The notes: generated by a model from the letters alone, not told the origin. A stretch of 64,000 nucleotides of DNA from Candidatus Cloacimonadales bacterium (GCA_963662655.2 CAXXTU010000002.1:3168001-3232000); one strand, 5' to 3'. Shown: positions 22,801 through 28,637, counted from the first letter of the stretch. Translations and numbers: made by a program.

Positions 22801-22859
22801 CTTAACGCCGTAAAGATGATCAAGAGTGTGATCACAAATAAAACCCTTGAGTTTCTCAT
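1815..22859 (-). CDS. Giant (7014 aa) secreted adhesin with tandem dystroglycan-type cadherin-like/putative Ig (He_PIG-like) repeats, FN3- and ASH-like domains and a T9SS type-B CTD
   Basis: Signal peptide; dozens of alternating repeats NDAPYV.NPIPDQ...LP.WL.F....RTFSGTP and P.FTS.P.T.A.ED..Y.Y...LTDNGDGT..L.GTP; C-terminal PNAFTPNGDGLND...IYD..G..V...WDG...G.Y.Y...GKIYLVR; AGGAG RBS. Confidence 0.92.
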   Translation of the reverse strand: MRNSRVLFVITLLIIFTALSTSIAAQSRDTLHRSAPTSANVTKTILEDSVWTFSESDFPFNDSDGNEFLAVRLTSIPDHGTITYMGFTIGAGSVPYPVDVPALNLLKYTPEINGNGTAYSSFNFQVMDSATEFSGEYQFTFNVTAVNDDPQLFMDGTEITGTIDLNITVFEDGFYTFTPADSIRIDDVDILNKDDIDTPVILNMMTSYCTLTIDRGMSRFISGNGTSNVTIVSTINQINDYLDSFTLHPNQNVSGPDTLVIRINDQGNTGQGGGNDVYRNLSFYIEPVNDAPILYPSYNAVLTSIPEDDYDNPGNLIENIVENGAIYDPDGNTVKAIAVIEVDNTYGNWQYSTNNGITWDDFTAIDNDLVDISSAAPLLDGTLGTHRIRFVPMVNYNGYANLRFRAWDRSAGNAGQTYNVVAVGDTTAFSVASDIAQIKVQDINDTPELFHGSTKVDSCLYVPLDVDENLNYHFTAADSIRVWDPDIASNQLILNISVTKGILSVDGGSRFISGDGTNNVVIVVSQTNMNNYLKDFYYYSDPDVEGMETMTVIMNDQGFTGQGTGVNIERKLYFALTNDPPVFTSEPPLTVNEDELYQYNVTAIDDTISVCGLHYASPTLPAWLSLTDHGDGTATLSGYPTNEYIGLNEVAITIRDDIADPVPQTFNIEVINVNDPPEVLNPIGNVNVNEDTLLDYVFPENTFFDPDPNESLSYSAEQSDGSELPAWLNFVPLSRRFTGTPANEDIAVYSIALTATDLSAETVIDTFTITVINTNDAPYVLNEIPDQITQEQDLYQYTVPDTIFADDDPGDNLTYSATLSDLSPLPAWLSFDPGTRTFSGTPVHVNIGQIFIRVEAEDISGQAASDVFRLWVTWINIAPFVATPLDDQNATEDSGFSFAIPDGTFDDENIAEGDILTYSARQANDSPLPNWLNFDPNTKTFTGIPRNENVGTLSVKAIVTDVPGLTAEDVFDINIANTNDPPYVLNPIPNQLANEDQLFEFTFSDSVFGDPDTPYGDTFTYSAVQDSSGREIPLPLWLSFDSNTRTFSGTPTNDDRGIHRIKVIIEDAAGLTASVVFQIEVLNSNDGPVVLNPILDHHATEDLPYTFTFSANVFSDPDNQPVRDILLYSAGMVDSTDTIVDLPSWMNFTPELRTFNGIPLNEDVGIYQIAVTATDTAFATAVDTFRLEVENVNDIPVLANPIEDQVTTEADAYSFTFPENTFTDDDIIHGDYLTYTARKYVDGDLQNLPTWLSFNQATRTFSGTPQASDIEIFEIQVTATDSSNTSATDLFQFEVRYLNQPPVLANPIPNQNGLEDTPFTFTFNSDTFFDANVGVGDTLFYSATLVSDAPLPGWLTFTPASRNFSGTATNAEVGTYDIRVTARDRSDESVSDEFAIVIANTNDAPYIANPIPNQIATEDQAFSYTIPANTFEDDDIIWGDALILSASLEDDSPLPAWLAFDDETETFSGTPTVPENIQVKVTATDNQSESVSSVFTIEIQNTQDDPYFISSPVLQGTEDSPYTYNITVADDDPDAILAIDATVLPGWLTLDDNGDNTGVLQGTPLNANVGENQVALTVSDGVRVISTQEFTIQVANVNDAPVVANPIPNRTVAANTTIDYYLADDAFVDDDIIWGDELTYSAALSDGNPLAAWIAFNAESKYFTFQPALDDVDTYEIRVTVRDNSNEEAFDDFILTVIPTNQQPQFTSTPSEDATEDVLYTYNITSSDDGIDDGFTIAGTTVPEWLTLTDNGDGTALLEGTPGNDNVGENPVILTLSDNIAQEVSQEFSILVANVNNAPQVVNPIADQTATQDVYFQFSFTEDVFEDIDAVDALTYSAKLADASPLPAWLSFEPGTRTFTGTPANSNVGEYSIAVIATDIEGATGTDIFTLTVENVNDGPYLLHPISMVIGWEDVLFNYTFPSNTFTDPDIPYGDILTYSATLSDGNPLPEWLTFTSSQRLFSGLPSDYDTGTYSIRLTATDIAGESVYNDFNLVINNFNDSPELVNPIPDQAAFTDTPFEYIFPEDTFNDPDPGDFMNYTATLEGGSPLPAWMSFDGSDRRFYGTPAGIESGTSYPILLTASDAALESAEDHFNIVVFASNFAPEFTSTPVTDATQDIPYIYNITVEDDGVNFGLTLEAPELPEWLTFSNLGNGNASLTGTPTNDEIGTFDVRLTAWDHIADPVEQSFTIEVQNVNDAPVLVNPIADQISRVDIAYSYTIPEGTFNDIDTGDALTYSASLTGELPLPGWLSFDAPTVTFSGTPAVEDIGQYDIVVKATDIEGAFATDEFVLEIVPSNYPPEFTSSPLLSTFEDALYLYNVKTSDDGVNEGGIVLQAPVIPEWLTLNDNGDGTADLTGTPDNSMIGVWDVTLTLSDGISPAVEQSFAVTVVNTNDGPVVVNPIPNHVTYESAAYSFTFDEDTFTDDDIIYGDQLTYVAELSNGDPLPGWLSFIPSQRTFSGIPMNNHVGTYTIRVIASDIAGLTATDEFQLQVLNVNTPPYVENPLMDQAAIANTLYNFTIPETTFGDDDLPFGDILTYAARQTNGDALPTWLTFDPETHTFNGVAPLELIGTTYDIRVFVRDTQLESVSDDFSLAVIESNDPPVFTSTPVTTATEDVLYSYLVTASDDGQNFGLAFLAVEIPEWLSLVNHGDGTATLSGTPDNENVGSNNLDIVVSDGIADPVHQIFSISVTNVNGAPYVANPIPDQTATEDEFFTYTFADNTFDDEDLVWGDELSYSTKLSDNSPLPAWLSFNDVTRTFSGTPGDLDVVDLDIVVIATDIESAFAEDTFHLEVINNGDSPYFTSSPVTNATEDFLYQYNIVTEDTDPGALLVISAPQAPSWLTLTDHGDGTALLEGTPLNENVGAHNVVLTVNDGTRVLGTQAFTINVTNTNDLPYVNQPIPDQAILINEEFAYVFPENTFADDDTIYGDALVYAAMLTDGNPLPAWLSFNPNARYFNGLPGLTEVGSYSIRVVANDQQAGTVWDDFILQVIETNVAPSFTSLPVTTATEDVLYQYNVTTADDGVNMGITISAPQVPAWLAITDNGDGTATLFGTPANEDVGTHNVVLNVSDGIAAPVAQLFSIVVENVNTPPVLVNSIPDQAALVGQAFNYSIPENTFADFDADDVLTYEAIITSGGSWTHTWLIFYPAQRRFYGLPSAVDIGSYTIRVTVTDTGMESAFDIFTLSVYAEDVPPVFTSLPITQAYENIEYTYNVTTTDDGIDLGITIEAPTLPSWLTFTDNEDGTGLLRGTPTTSDIGTHDVVLTVTDNILPSIDQSFSIEVLDVNQPPVLVNPIPNQTTVAEQLYQYTVPENTFEDPDEASVLTWNAMLANGEPLPEWLTFNPETRVIQGTPAVADAGTHNIMIIVTDDGGMMADDDYLLRIFAENQPPVFTSSPVTEINVDELYLYNITTSDDVNNFGGLVITAETVPSWLALYDNEDGTATLTGTPTDEFVGSNGVVLSVSDGISAPVEQAFDINVSAINHPPYVANPLIDQVAVAGSFFSYTFADDTFVDPDQGDVLSYEITTVDDSPMPVWLLIDEAGRTLSGTPQLVDTGIIPIRVKATDIQGEEANDEFNLRVIGSNDAPEFTSTPVTNATQDSRYTYEISATDDAYSLDGLVFSTNALPEWLTFNDLGNGMAVLAGIPSNADVGQSEITILVSDGLASQVEQTFQLTVHNINDAPIVVNPNPDQRAVIGQFYQYQANLDTFDDPDIPYGDHLTYTSKLIDGSNLPRWLVFDPVSMLYRGSPSILDARLFSILLIATDDSLATAVDQFDIVVRAGNEAPEFASVPPTEILQGETYSYDIVTTDDNNNAGLTIIGGVVPEWLALVDNGDGTGVLSGVPGNDNVGAHEVVLYVSDGIIRDATSQQFTITVHNMNDAPYIANPIPDMTTTAGELYDYTIPGGTFADPDIMYGDHLAYDATLETGSPLPEWLTFNAETLAFSGTPQIGNSGNYSIKVTVTDDSLASVSDVFVLEVYYGNLPPQFTSTPVTEVNEDATYLYNITTMDDGVGFGVHITATALPGWLTLTDNGDGTAVLAGVPKNGDVGEHEIVLQANDNVRVIEEQSFTITVYNTNDAPYLIEPISDVGIRQGIALNYEIPSGTFGDDDLIWGDEIVWSAKLADGSFLPAWLDFDIDTHTFSGTPDIMDVGIYDMRVTVTDLMNASAFDDFVLTVYGNNVPPVFVSVPDTTATEDVHYSYEIETQDDGYNEFINITAVQIPGWLTLTDNGDGTGLLAGTPTNDAVGSSEIILRVDDGIRQSTDQAFTLTVINVNDAPYVANQIPDRGAVIEMLFEYAVPENTFADDDIIHGDVLTYSADQADGSALPAWLAFNPVTKTFSGTASLSDIGIYNIRVTVMDTSFRTASDIFIIRVVHENDGPVFTSMPELTADEGTLYSYSITVTDDGTNLGINISAPVLPDWLSLVDNGDGTATLSGIPTWQYIGANPVTLNAEDGIEPIPTEQSFSIEVRDVNTPPYVQNPIPDQNAVQDAAFFYTIPEDTFGDLDADDILTYSAIISGNGPLPEWLSFDEETRAFSGTPTNDNVGSMMVDVTAMDMAGQTAISTFTLFVVNVNDAPYVTHLIPDHEIVELTSYSFTFRADTFSDPDIQWGDFLTYTAKLTDGSPLPEWLEFTPETRSFNGIPTHEDVGHYSIRVTATDSEGLAVFDDFILQVLDDPDAPFVVNPIPDQSAWEEVAFSYTFPENTFGDADYDNTLYYEATLSNGDALPEWLSFDDFARTFNGMPAQEDVGSYSIKVTATDIYLLSASDIFIITVYNANDLPYFTSVPDTIAQEASPYLYNIVTEDVDAMDSWTLTAPTLPSWLTLTDNGDGTGSLSGMPYQANIGDNPVVITVVDSTNIPVDQIFTIYVQNVVEPPVVSNPIPDQETYINILYDYTFPANTFTEPTPGDALTYTATLSDDSPLPAWLAFDAVTRNFSGTPSDLGTYQIKVTATDMDMQSVSDEYTLDVVFIQLPPAFTSTPVTDAIEDAIYTYNITASDINGESLVFAEVNVPSWLALTDNGDSTATLSGTPLNANVGENPVEISVTDNNNDPVIQSFTITVANTNDAPVYTNAVPNQIAPEDALFEYIVPENTFEDDDLIYGDVLTYSSTLEDGTPLPAWLAFDPVTRTYSGTPLSEDIGIINVKIVATDIAMETAEGVFQIEITNTNDAPYVMNPIADQAATEDTPFSFTFADDTFGDDDIVYGDMLSYTSALQDGSPLPAWLTFDSATRTYSGTPANEDNGTWFIRLTATDNGDLTAFDDFEIVVSNAQDDPYFTSTPVTTATEDVEYTYNITATDDDPGATLVLGADVLPAWLTLTDNGDGTGNIAGTPLNEHVGTNAVTLTVSDGVRVVAYQTFDIEVANTNDAPYVINPIPDQAATEDTPFSFTFADDTFGDDDIVYGDMLSYTSALQDGSPLPAWLTFDSATRTYSGTPANEDNGTWFIRLTATDNGDLTAFDDFEIVVSNAQDDPYFTSTPVTTATEDVEYTYNITATDDDPGATLVLGADVLPAWLTLTDNGDGTGNIAGTPLNEHVGTNAVTLTVSDGVRVVAYQTFDIEVANTNDAPYVMNPIPDQAATEDTPFSFTFANDTFGDDDIVYGDMLSYTSALQDGSPLPAWLAFDSATRTYSGTPANEDNGTWFIRLTATDNGDLTAFDDFEIVVSNTQDDPYFTSTPVTTATEDVEYTYNITATDNDPGATLVLGADVLPAWLTLTDNGDGTGNIAGTPLNEHVGTNAVTLTVSDGVRVVAYQTFDIEVTNTNDAPYVMNPIADQAATEDTPFSFTFADDTFGDDDIVYGDMLSYTSALQDGSPLPAWLTFDSATRTYSGTPANEDNGTWFIRLTATDNGDLTAFDDFEIVVSNTQDDPYFTSTPVTTATEDVEYTYNITATDDDPGATLVLGADVLPAWLTLTDNGDGTGNIAGTPLNEHVGTNAVTLTVSDGVRVVAYQTFDIEVTNTNDAPYVMNPIADQTTDEDEAYSYTFPENTFDDDDLIHGDELTYSALLEGGNPLPAWLTFNDVSRTFSGTPTNDDLGQYSIEVTATDNLSESVSDIFVLTVDNTNDAPEFTSTPVTTATEDVEYTYDITATDDDPNDDLSIIATTLPLWLTLTDNGDGTGNITGTPLNENVGDNAVVLEVHDGTTLDIQSFTIVVANVNDAPVVLNPIPDQTTDEDEAYSYAFPENTFDDDDLIHGDVLTYTAGEVDEDGLPAWLSFDGATRTFSGTPTNDDIGTYMIMVTATDEDGASVNDIFEIEVLNTNDAPYFTSDPILAVNEDEQYSYSVICNDDDPNPVLTITMQSGPEWLTLTQTDNFNATLEGTPTNDNVGDNEVVLVVDDGIDRKTIKKTMNLRDTAQQPFTIVVANVNDAPYVAVVVDSLTIPENAIDTSLDMNAMFGDDDLIHGDALTFSYSGNSHIMVGIQDGVVSLDPETDWYGVETITFYAEDNDGEVAQQSVVITVENIIDVPVIDPIDDQVVYLIDTAWEYQVTAYIYPTATFSLMNAPEGMTIDPATGLMSWTPSATQTDVYNITVHLENNTGMDDEEFTFTVINRNDAPQNLIPTLFNDGTSELTWSAPVSAKWLTGYNVYRSGDYDDNYELIGEVDGNVTHFTDDEPNVGVQNCYRVTAVLEADHIDWQGESYASEVATVYPLPPTEFALYYDDGIPEQGYLFGNEFGVQFDLSPIQRYTPTSTLIRFAIYLYTLDVQDLLINIYGNGDTPSADNFIQTFNYDVNDLHLGWNILDIPSGADLEFVGERFHIVVDASHPYQVGFDTSDPVSGHSYVEAGSGWGVIPNGDLLIRAIVATPLPNIAVDMTSMNFGDVYAGEDSAPQMFTITNTGNYELEVTEIGAPPGFQIRHGTDGGWVETLSMTIPYQGSEDIYARFSPSTRKVYTGEIEIVHNGVDETDVNISVRGNSIEPQPNAFTPNGDGLNDIYTVRLVNSGNVEAKMNIYDLHGKRVREVNGTYDGTGMTLSWDGKDDGGRKCGSGPYIYVLRKNGSIDKRGKIYLVR
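4935..7348 (-). repeat. Four near-identical tandem 594-bp (198-aa, two-domain) repeats inside the adhesin
   Basis: GCGTTGGTTCCGACGTGCTCG recurs at 5041, 5635, 6229 and 6823 (period 594) with only scattered substitutions; boundaries approximate. Confidence 0.95.
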
Positions 22860-23450
22860 TTTCTATGCTCCTTATGTTGTAAATTCATAATCTATATATC
22901 CTGAAACCATGTAATAGAACATCCCCTTCACCATATAGCTATCCGGGACGTCATTGTCAATTTTATTATTCCTTATATAAAAAGAAAATTTCACGCCCAA
23001 CGTTAAAGCGTTCATTATCGATACGGCGCAACGCTCTGTAAAACAAAGTGTTGGAAGAAATTCTGGGCGATTTCCGGCAAAAAAATGAATGATGAACAGA
23101 ATCTTTCGTTTTTCGCTCCAAGCGCTATGGATGGCAGGCTGCAAAAGGTTGTTTCTATTCATAGTATGACTTTTTCTCATTATAATTCCCCAGAATTTCA
23201 AGAGCATGAAACTTGAGCTCTTCTTCTTCAGAATCGAGCGTCCTGATCGTGAATCTCGTGCAGGCATTCATGCCCCGGAAAAGCATTCAGGCAAGATATA
23301 AAATATTAAAAAAACGCGCTCTGGGCGAATTTTTTCTCTTGCAGGGGGGTGTTTTAATGTGGGTTAATTTTATGCGGTAAATCAGACGTGTGGGAAAGCC
23401 TCATGCCTTCGTGTGAGAGAATATTTAATTTCGGGAAGCATAGGAACTCA

Positions 23451-23494
23451 TGTTTGATGCAAAGTGACACCAATAATGTCAAATTAGGTCACGA
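23451..23494 (+). repeat. Left end of the Mu-like element
   Basis: TGTTTGATGCAAAG GTGACACCAATAATGTCAAATTAGGTCACGA-type sequence; 23464-23494 matches the reverse complement of 44061-44090 at 25 of 31 positions. Confidence 0.65.
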
Positions 23495-23510
23495 TGTCCA
23501 AGTTTCCTCA

Positions 23511-24674
23511 TCATTTATGTCCTGCCTTTTGTATTACCATGTTGTATATACAGTGTGAAATGTAGTCAGAACGAGCCTTTTCACCAAGAGCATCGAGGAT
23601 GATTTCGCCGATTAAGAAATGCTTCTCCATTTTCTCGTCTTCTTTAATTAGCTTCCCGATATTATCAATAAAGCTTTGAACAAGCGATTCCGAAGGCAGT
23701 CTTTCACGAAGATATGCAACAACAGCGTCTTTGTCAGAGAAATCATTAATTTTGTCGTTGATTGATTGTCGTTTATTTAATGTAAACATGAAATCAAAAT
23801 CATTGTGAAAAGGATATGCTGATTTTAGAAGCTTGGTGGGAGCAAGTTGGTAATAATCAATATCATCCTGATGGAATTCCATTGCAAGCGTTGAAGCAAT
23901 TGAAACAAATCGATTTTGTAATGTTCTACTTATTCCTTTCCATCGAGGATGCAAGTTCTCCCAGTAAAATCCGTACTGTATTCCAAAGAGAATCATCAAA
24001 ATGACAACAAAGATAATCCTATAGGCTGGAAGAATTACAGACAATATAATGATAAGACACTCAGAGAGAACAAGATATGCGTAAATTCATTGTCCATCAA
24101 ATGGATTTATGCACACTTTCGAGGACATCGTCATTTTCTTCAGATTTCTTCTGATTAATTCGTTATTGAAAAATCCGAGAAGCACCAATAATGTTATCGC
24201 TGCTAAACAAAACCAGGATTTGATTACATAGAAGTAAACAATAAAACCAATCGATACCAACAGAGAACCCGGTAGAAATTGAAGAATAAAATAAATCCCA
24301 AGTGGGATATACTGATGCTGGGAAAACATGATGGTGCCCACAAATACTCTTGCTGGCAAAATGAAATGTTCCAATATACTACAAAATCCGCATATTCTTT
24401 CTCGACTCTTCATCGTGTAAATATATTCGGTGTAAAAACTTGAGCGAAAAACTCTTTGTGGCAGAGTAATAGAGGAACAGGGTTTATCATTCACATGTTT
24501 TGATTTCTTATCTTTCCGTATATCTCTATGCATCATAACCATAACAAACAATAGCAGCCCCACGCTGCCTGCAATACCGATCCATGTCCAAAGGCCTTTG
24601 GGTGCGCCTGAAACAGCAAAAACGAAAACTGGGGACAGTAAAAACAGGATTATGCACGATTCTACTTTTCTCAT
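23511..24674 (-). pseudogene. Multi-pass membrane protein of unknown function split by one in-frame TGA (24087-24089)
   Basis: ORFs 24087..24674 and 23511..24044 share a frame and read ...NPFDGQ*IYAYLVLSECLIIILSVILP...; several hydrophobic segments; low GC. Confidence 0.65.
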
Positions 24675-24745
24675 GGCTACTCCCTATCAACACCATGCAA
24701 TGAAGTCAATTATCTGGCAATATAATTAATACCACATACGACGAG

Positions 24746-25040
24746 CGGACGGAGCAGTTCGAGCGCTTCGTGAGCACCTTTCGCGGCGCGAACGTCGCCG
24801 ACAAACCGTCCACGCTGATGCGCAACGAGGACTGGATGCAGAAGATGTTCGAGGGGAAGGCCCCAACGGTCGGGGAAGCCATGAGCATGAAGGGCTTCTA
24901 CTTCCGGCACGTCTATGGCAACTACCCGCACGCCGGAATCGGCAGCCGCAAGCCCTACGAGGTCTTCTCCTCCGCTCCGGTTCCCGACGACCGCCGGGTG
25001 AAACCGACCCGCCTGCACTACCTGATGCTGGCGGTGATGA
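24746..25040 (+). pseudogene. Internal fragment of a Mu-like (DDE) transposase
   Basis: High-GC patch reading EQFERFVSTFRGANVADKPSTLMRNE...VYGNYPHAGIGSRKPYEVF...LHYLML; the Y..PH.G....P.E.F pattern follows the catalytic Glu in MuA-type/rve transposases; no start codon or N-terminal region. Confidence 0.6.
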
Positions 25041-25223
25041 ACCGATTGGCGTATCGGGCGCACACACGCCCTTCCCGCCCTTTCACTGGCGGTGCAGAAC
25101 GGCGACGGAGATTGTGGGATAAGGAGATTGAGGGGTAGTGGAGTCCAGCGAGGTAAGCTAACAACGTTTCCGGTACGGAAACGGCCCTCAGAAGCGCGCA
25201 AGAGCCATGCTGGTCGCCAGTTT

Positions 25224-25520
25224 TCACTGTTTTAGGAGGAGCTCTTTTTTATCTGGATCAGTGAAGTGCTGGGTATTGTCCTCGTCGTTCATGAATTCGG
25301 TTATAGCCTGCTTGGTGGCGTCCCAGTTCAGAATCCGCCCGTCTTCAGATCGATATCGAGGCAAACATGGTCGGCCAGCGGTCGCTTCGCGAGCCGCAAA
25401 GGCCGTTTTGCTTAGCAAAACGCAGGTAGTGTTCATCCGGCATGAAATTCGGTACCGGCCGTCGTAGGACTTGATCACCTTGCCGTCCTTGTTTCTGAAC
25501 GAGGCCTGGCATCCGCTCAT
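25224..25520 (-). pseudogene. Frameshifted phage-type hypothetical gene with a palindromic insertion
   Basis: Joining frames gives ...DGKVIKSYDG/PVPNFMPDEHY-[insert]-GDHVCLDIDLKTGRILNWDAT..., resembling small phage proteins with a Y.G.VP.F.P..HYGDY..L.ID..TG.I.NW motif (recalled, not searched). Confidence 0.5.
25377..25425. repeat. 49-bp double-hairpin (REP-like) insertion
   Basis: Imperfect stem GCGGTCGC-TTC-GCGAGCCGC plus perfect palindrome CGTTTTGCT-T-AGCAAAACG (25404-25422). Confidence 0.55.
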
Positions 25521-25708
25521 AACCCTCGCGTTGGGATACGTCTTGCTCGGTTCTTCCTAAATCTACGGAGATCATCTACGCTAAGGAAAATTGGAACAGG
25601 ATGGGAACGAAGAATGGAATCGAAAAATTGAACTTGACATTGAAAAAGTATAACGACTTTATTTATATAGTAATTGTCACGACCATTGGGCGAGGCACAG
25701 GAGATAGA

Positions 25709-26279
25709 ATGACAATTCTTTCAAGATCGTCAGTAAGAGATATAGAATCGCTTGTTCGTTATTTCGTGAATCAAGTTATCGGAAAGAGTAAAAATTGCCT
25801 GGTCTTTAACAAGAATAGACAATCTGAATCGATGATATTCTATGATTTTTTTAATTTATTACCGATTGAGTATTCAAATGAATTTGGGTCCAATTTTTTA
25901 TATTGAAAAGATAAAGATCAACAAAGAAACTAATGGATTTCGAATTCCTTTTACATATGAGTGGGAGTTTGTATTAAACCATGATTTCAATGAAAAGGAA
26001 AATTCTTCAAAGATAGATCGGATTAATGAATTAGATAGGGTTTTCTTCTCAAACTATGTATCTGATTGGGTATTCGAACCAGAAACTTTCCTTAGCTTTG
26101 ATGCCTCGCCCTGCGAAGCAGTTTTTGGAGGAAATCATTATTTTGTACCAACTGCCTACAATGGTCTATCCTTTCTAATATATTTAGACCCAGATTCAAG
26201 AAATGGCCTCGGGCCGTTTCCAATTTCAATACCTCAATTTTCTAAACGCATTAGACAGGGGAGATATGCAACAATCTGA
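25709..26279 (+). pseudogene. AT-rich hypothetical gene, apparently frameshifted
   Basis: AGGAGA RBS and ATG at 25709; the frame stops at 25906 while an overlapping frame continues to 26279; T7 (25846-25852) and T6 (25894-25899) runs lie in the overlap. Confidence 0.45.
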
Positions 26280-28497
26280 AGATCTTGCTACAATAATTAG
26301 TGAGGCTGTAGATACATTTAGGCTGGGTAAAGTCAGCCAGGCTTTGGAGTCTTTTACAAAGGCATTAGATTTGGCTCAGCAGCAAAACGATCCGGTCAAA
26401 ATTGCCAGTTGCAACAATAAAATCGGCGTGTGCCACTTGCAGCTGAATCAGTATAAGCTGGCTATTGACTACCTGCAAAAAGCCCTGGAACTGCACCTGT
26501 TGCAGAATAACGAAGAAGAAGTTACAAGAGAGAAGACCTATCTGGGCTTATCCCACTTCTGGTTGGGGCAATACACTACAGCCCTGGTTTTTTATGAAGA
26601 TGCCGGACAGGCTTACACGGATAAAACCGATTCGGTTGCCTATGCCAGCCTTAGGAACATGATGGGCATGGCTCGCCAGCAGATGGGAGATTACCCCGGG
26701 GCATTAAACGACCTTCTAGCCGCTCTTAAGATACTGCAGACCGGTGGTGATGTATCTGCCCTGTCAACCGCAACGCTTAATATTGGTATGCTTTATATCA
26801 GCCTTAAGAACTATGAGCAGGCTGCCGAGTTTACCTCCCAGGCCCTTGAGCTTGGCCGACAAGTAAACAACACCTCTACCATTGCCTCCGCTTTGGCCAA
26901 CCTGGGCAGTATTAGTTCGAACCAAGAACAATATCAGCTGGCTTTGGACTATTACCAGCAGGCCTTGGCACTAGCTTTGGCCCATAATAACAAATACGTG
27001 GAAGCCAACATGATGCTTAATATTGGCCTGGCTTATAAACATCTGCAACAGCATTCCCTTAGCAGAGAGCACCTGACCCTCGCTCTGGAGCAGCAACGCC
27101 GACAGGGATCTTTGGACGGCATTGTTAAGTGTTTGCTAAGCCTAAGCGATTTGGAGCAAGACTCTGGTGACCTGTCCAAAGCCTTGGAATATGCCATCGA
27201 TAGCGAGGAACTGGCCCGGCAAAACGAAAACCTGGCTAACCTGCCTGGATGTTATAAGCACTTGGCTAAAATTTATGAACGCTTACACCGTTACAAAAAG
27301 ACTATCGATTACTGGAAAAAGGTGCTGGAAGCCGAAAAGCAGCTGTGGAACCAGCAAAGCCAAAAGCAACTGGCGGAACTACAGGCTCGTTACGAGGTAG
27401 AGCAAAAGCAGAAGGAGGCAGAATTTTTCCGCCAGAAAGCTCAGGTACTGGAAACACAAAATGCCCTGATTGAACAACAGAAGAATGAGCTTTCCGCCGC
27501 CTTGGATAAACTCAGAGCCAGCGAGATCAAGTACGAAACCATAGACACTGAGCTGCATCGTAAAATTGGGAGAGACCTAATAGGCCAAAGCCAGGCTATA
27601 ACAAACATTATGCATTTAATTGCCATTGTGGCCCAAAGCGACAGTACGAACGTACTTATTATTGGTGAAAGCGGTACCGGCAAAGAGATTGTAGCCCGGC
27701 AGATTCACAACTTAAGTAACCGCAGCAAGCACAATTTCTTCGGGGTTAACACCGCGGCTATCCCTGAAAGTCTGTTTGAAAGTGAGTTTTTTGGATACGA
27801 AAAAAACGCTTTTACCAATGCCGACCAACAACACATCGGCTGGTTCGAGATAGCCAACCAAGGCACTCTGTTTCTGGATGAGATTGGCTCTATGCCACTT
27901 GATCATCAGGTTAAATTGCTGCGGGTGCTGGAAGAGCGGAAGATAGTGCGCCTGGGCTCTCATAAGGAGATACCAGTAAGCGCTCGTCTGGTAAGTGCTA
28001 CCAATTTAAACTTGAATAATCAGGTGCAAAAGGGGCAATTCAGGGAAGATCTTTATCACAGGATATCCACCTTTGTTATCCAGATCCCACCTCTGCGCGA
28101 ACGCCTCGAAGACATCCCGGTGCTGCTAAAGCACTTTGTGAAGATGTTCAGCACCCAGCTAAACAAGCGGATCACCCGTATTGACCCTGCAGTTATAACC
28201 GCTCTTAGGCAATACAACTTCCCCGGAAACGTGCGTGAGCTAAAAAACCTGGTGGAACGCGCGGTGATTGTTGCCCAGTCTTCCACCCTGAAACCCGGGC
28301 ATTTTTTGATACCGGGATGTCAACAAATGGACATTCCCGCGGCTGGGATTGTACCCTTGCACGAGATGGAGAAAAAAGCTATTGTGCGAGCCTTGCAGGC
28401 CACTAATAACCACATATCTGATGCGGCAGAACTACTACAGATAGAACGCCGTGCCTTGTCCCGGCGCATGAGCAAGTATGGCATTACCAAAATTTAG
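26266..28497 (+). CDS. TPR-repeat sigma54-dependent transcriptional activator (TPR + AAA+ + HTH)
   Basis: GGGGAG RBS and ATG at 26266; many TPR-like repeats; GESGTGKE, ESEFFG, NAFTNA (GAFTGA variant), GTLFLDEIG, FREDLYHR, FPGNVREL; Fis-type HTH. Confidence 0.92.
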   Translation: MQQSEDLATIISEAVDTFRLGKVSQALESFTKALDLAQQQNDPVKIASCNNKIGVCHLQLNQYKLAIDYLQKALELHLLQNNEEEVTREKTYLGLSHFWLGQYTTALVFYEDAGQAYTDKTDSVAYASLRNMMGMARQQMGDYPGALNDLLAALKILQTGGDVSALSTATLNIGMLYISLKNYEQAAEFTSQALELGRQVNNTSTIASALANLGSISSNQEQYQLALDYYQQALALALAHNNKYVEANMMLNIGLAYKHLQQHSLSREHLTLALEQQRRQGSLDGIVKCLLSLSDLEQDSGDLSKALEYAIDSEELARQNENLANLPGCYKHLAKIYERLHRYKKTIDYWKKVLEAEKQLWNQQSQKQLAELQARYEVEQKQKEAEFFRQKAQVLETQNALIEQQKNELSAALDKLRASEIKYETIDTELHRKIGRDLIGQSQAITNIMHLIAIVAQSDSTNVLIIGESGTGKEIVARQIHNLSNRSKHNFFGVNTAAIPESLFESEFFGYEKNAFTNADQQHIGWFEIANQGTLFLDEIGSMPLDHQVKLLRVLEERKIVRLGSHKEIPVSARLVSATNLNLNNQVQKGQFREDLYHRISTFVIQIPPLRERLEDIPVLLKHFVKMFSTQLNKRITRIDPAVITALRQYNFPGNVRELKNLVERAVIVAQSSTLKPGHFLIPGCQQMDIPAAGIVPLHEMEKKAIVRALQATNNHISDAAELLQIERRALSRRMSKYGITKI

Positions 28498-28637
28498 TGT
28501 CCGGAATTGGACATTGCATCTTGGAGCCAGGCCTTTTATGATAACTACACTATTCGAAACCCTTTAGCCCATGTATAGATCAGGCAGGTCCTTTTCAGGA
28601 CTTGTGTCTATCAGGTAAAAAAAGTCCATTTATGGAC
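28498..28637 (+). promoter_or_regulatory. Three GTCC-N6-GGAC palindromes (candidate activator UAS)
   Basis: GTCCggaattGGAC (28499-28512), GTCCttttcaGGAC (28588-28601), GTCCatttatGGAC (28624-28637). Confidence 0.7.

Noticed and set aside
22872..23267. 131-aa minus-strand ORF upstream of the adhesin
   Set aside because: AT-rich, no RBS or recognisable motif; more likely promoter or leader DNA
24087..24089. Selenocysteine or genetic-code reassignment at the in-frame TGA
   Set aside because: No redox-motif context or evident SECIS; neighbouring genes terminate at TGA normally
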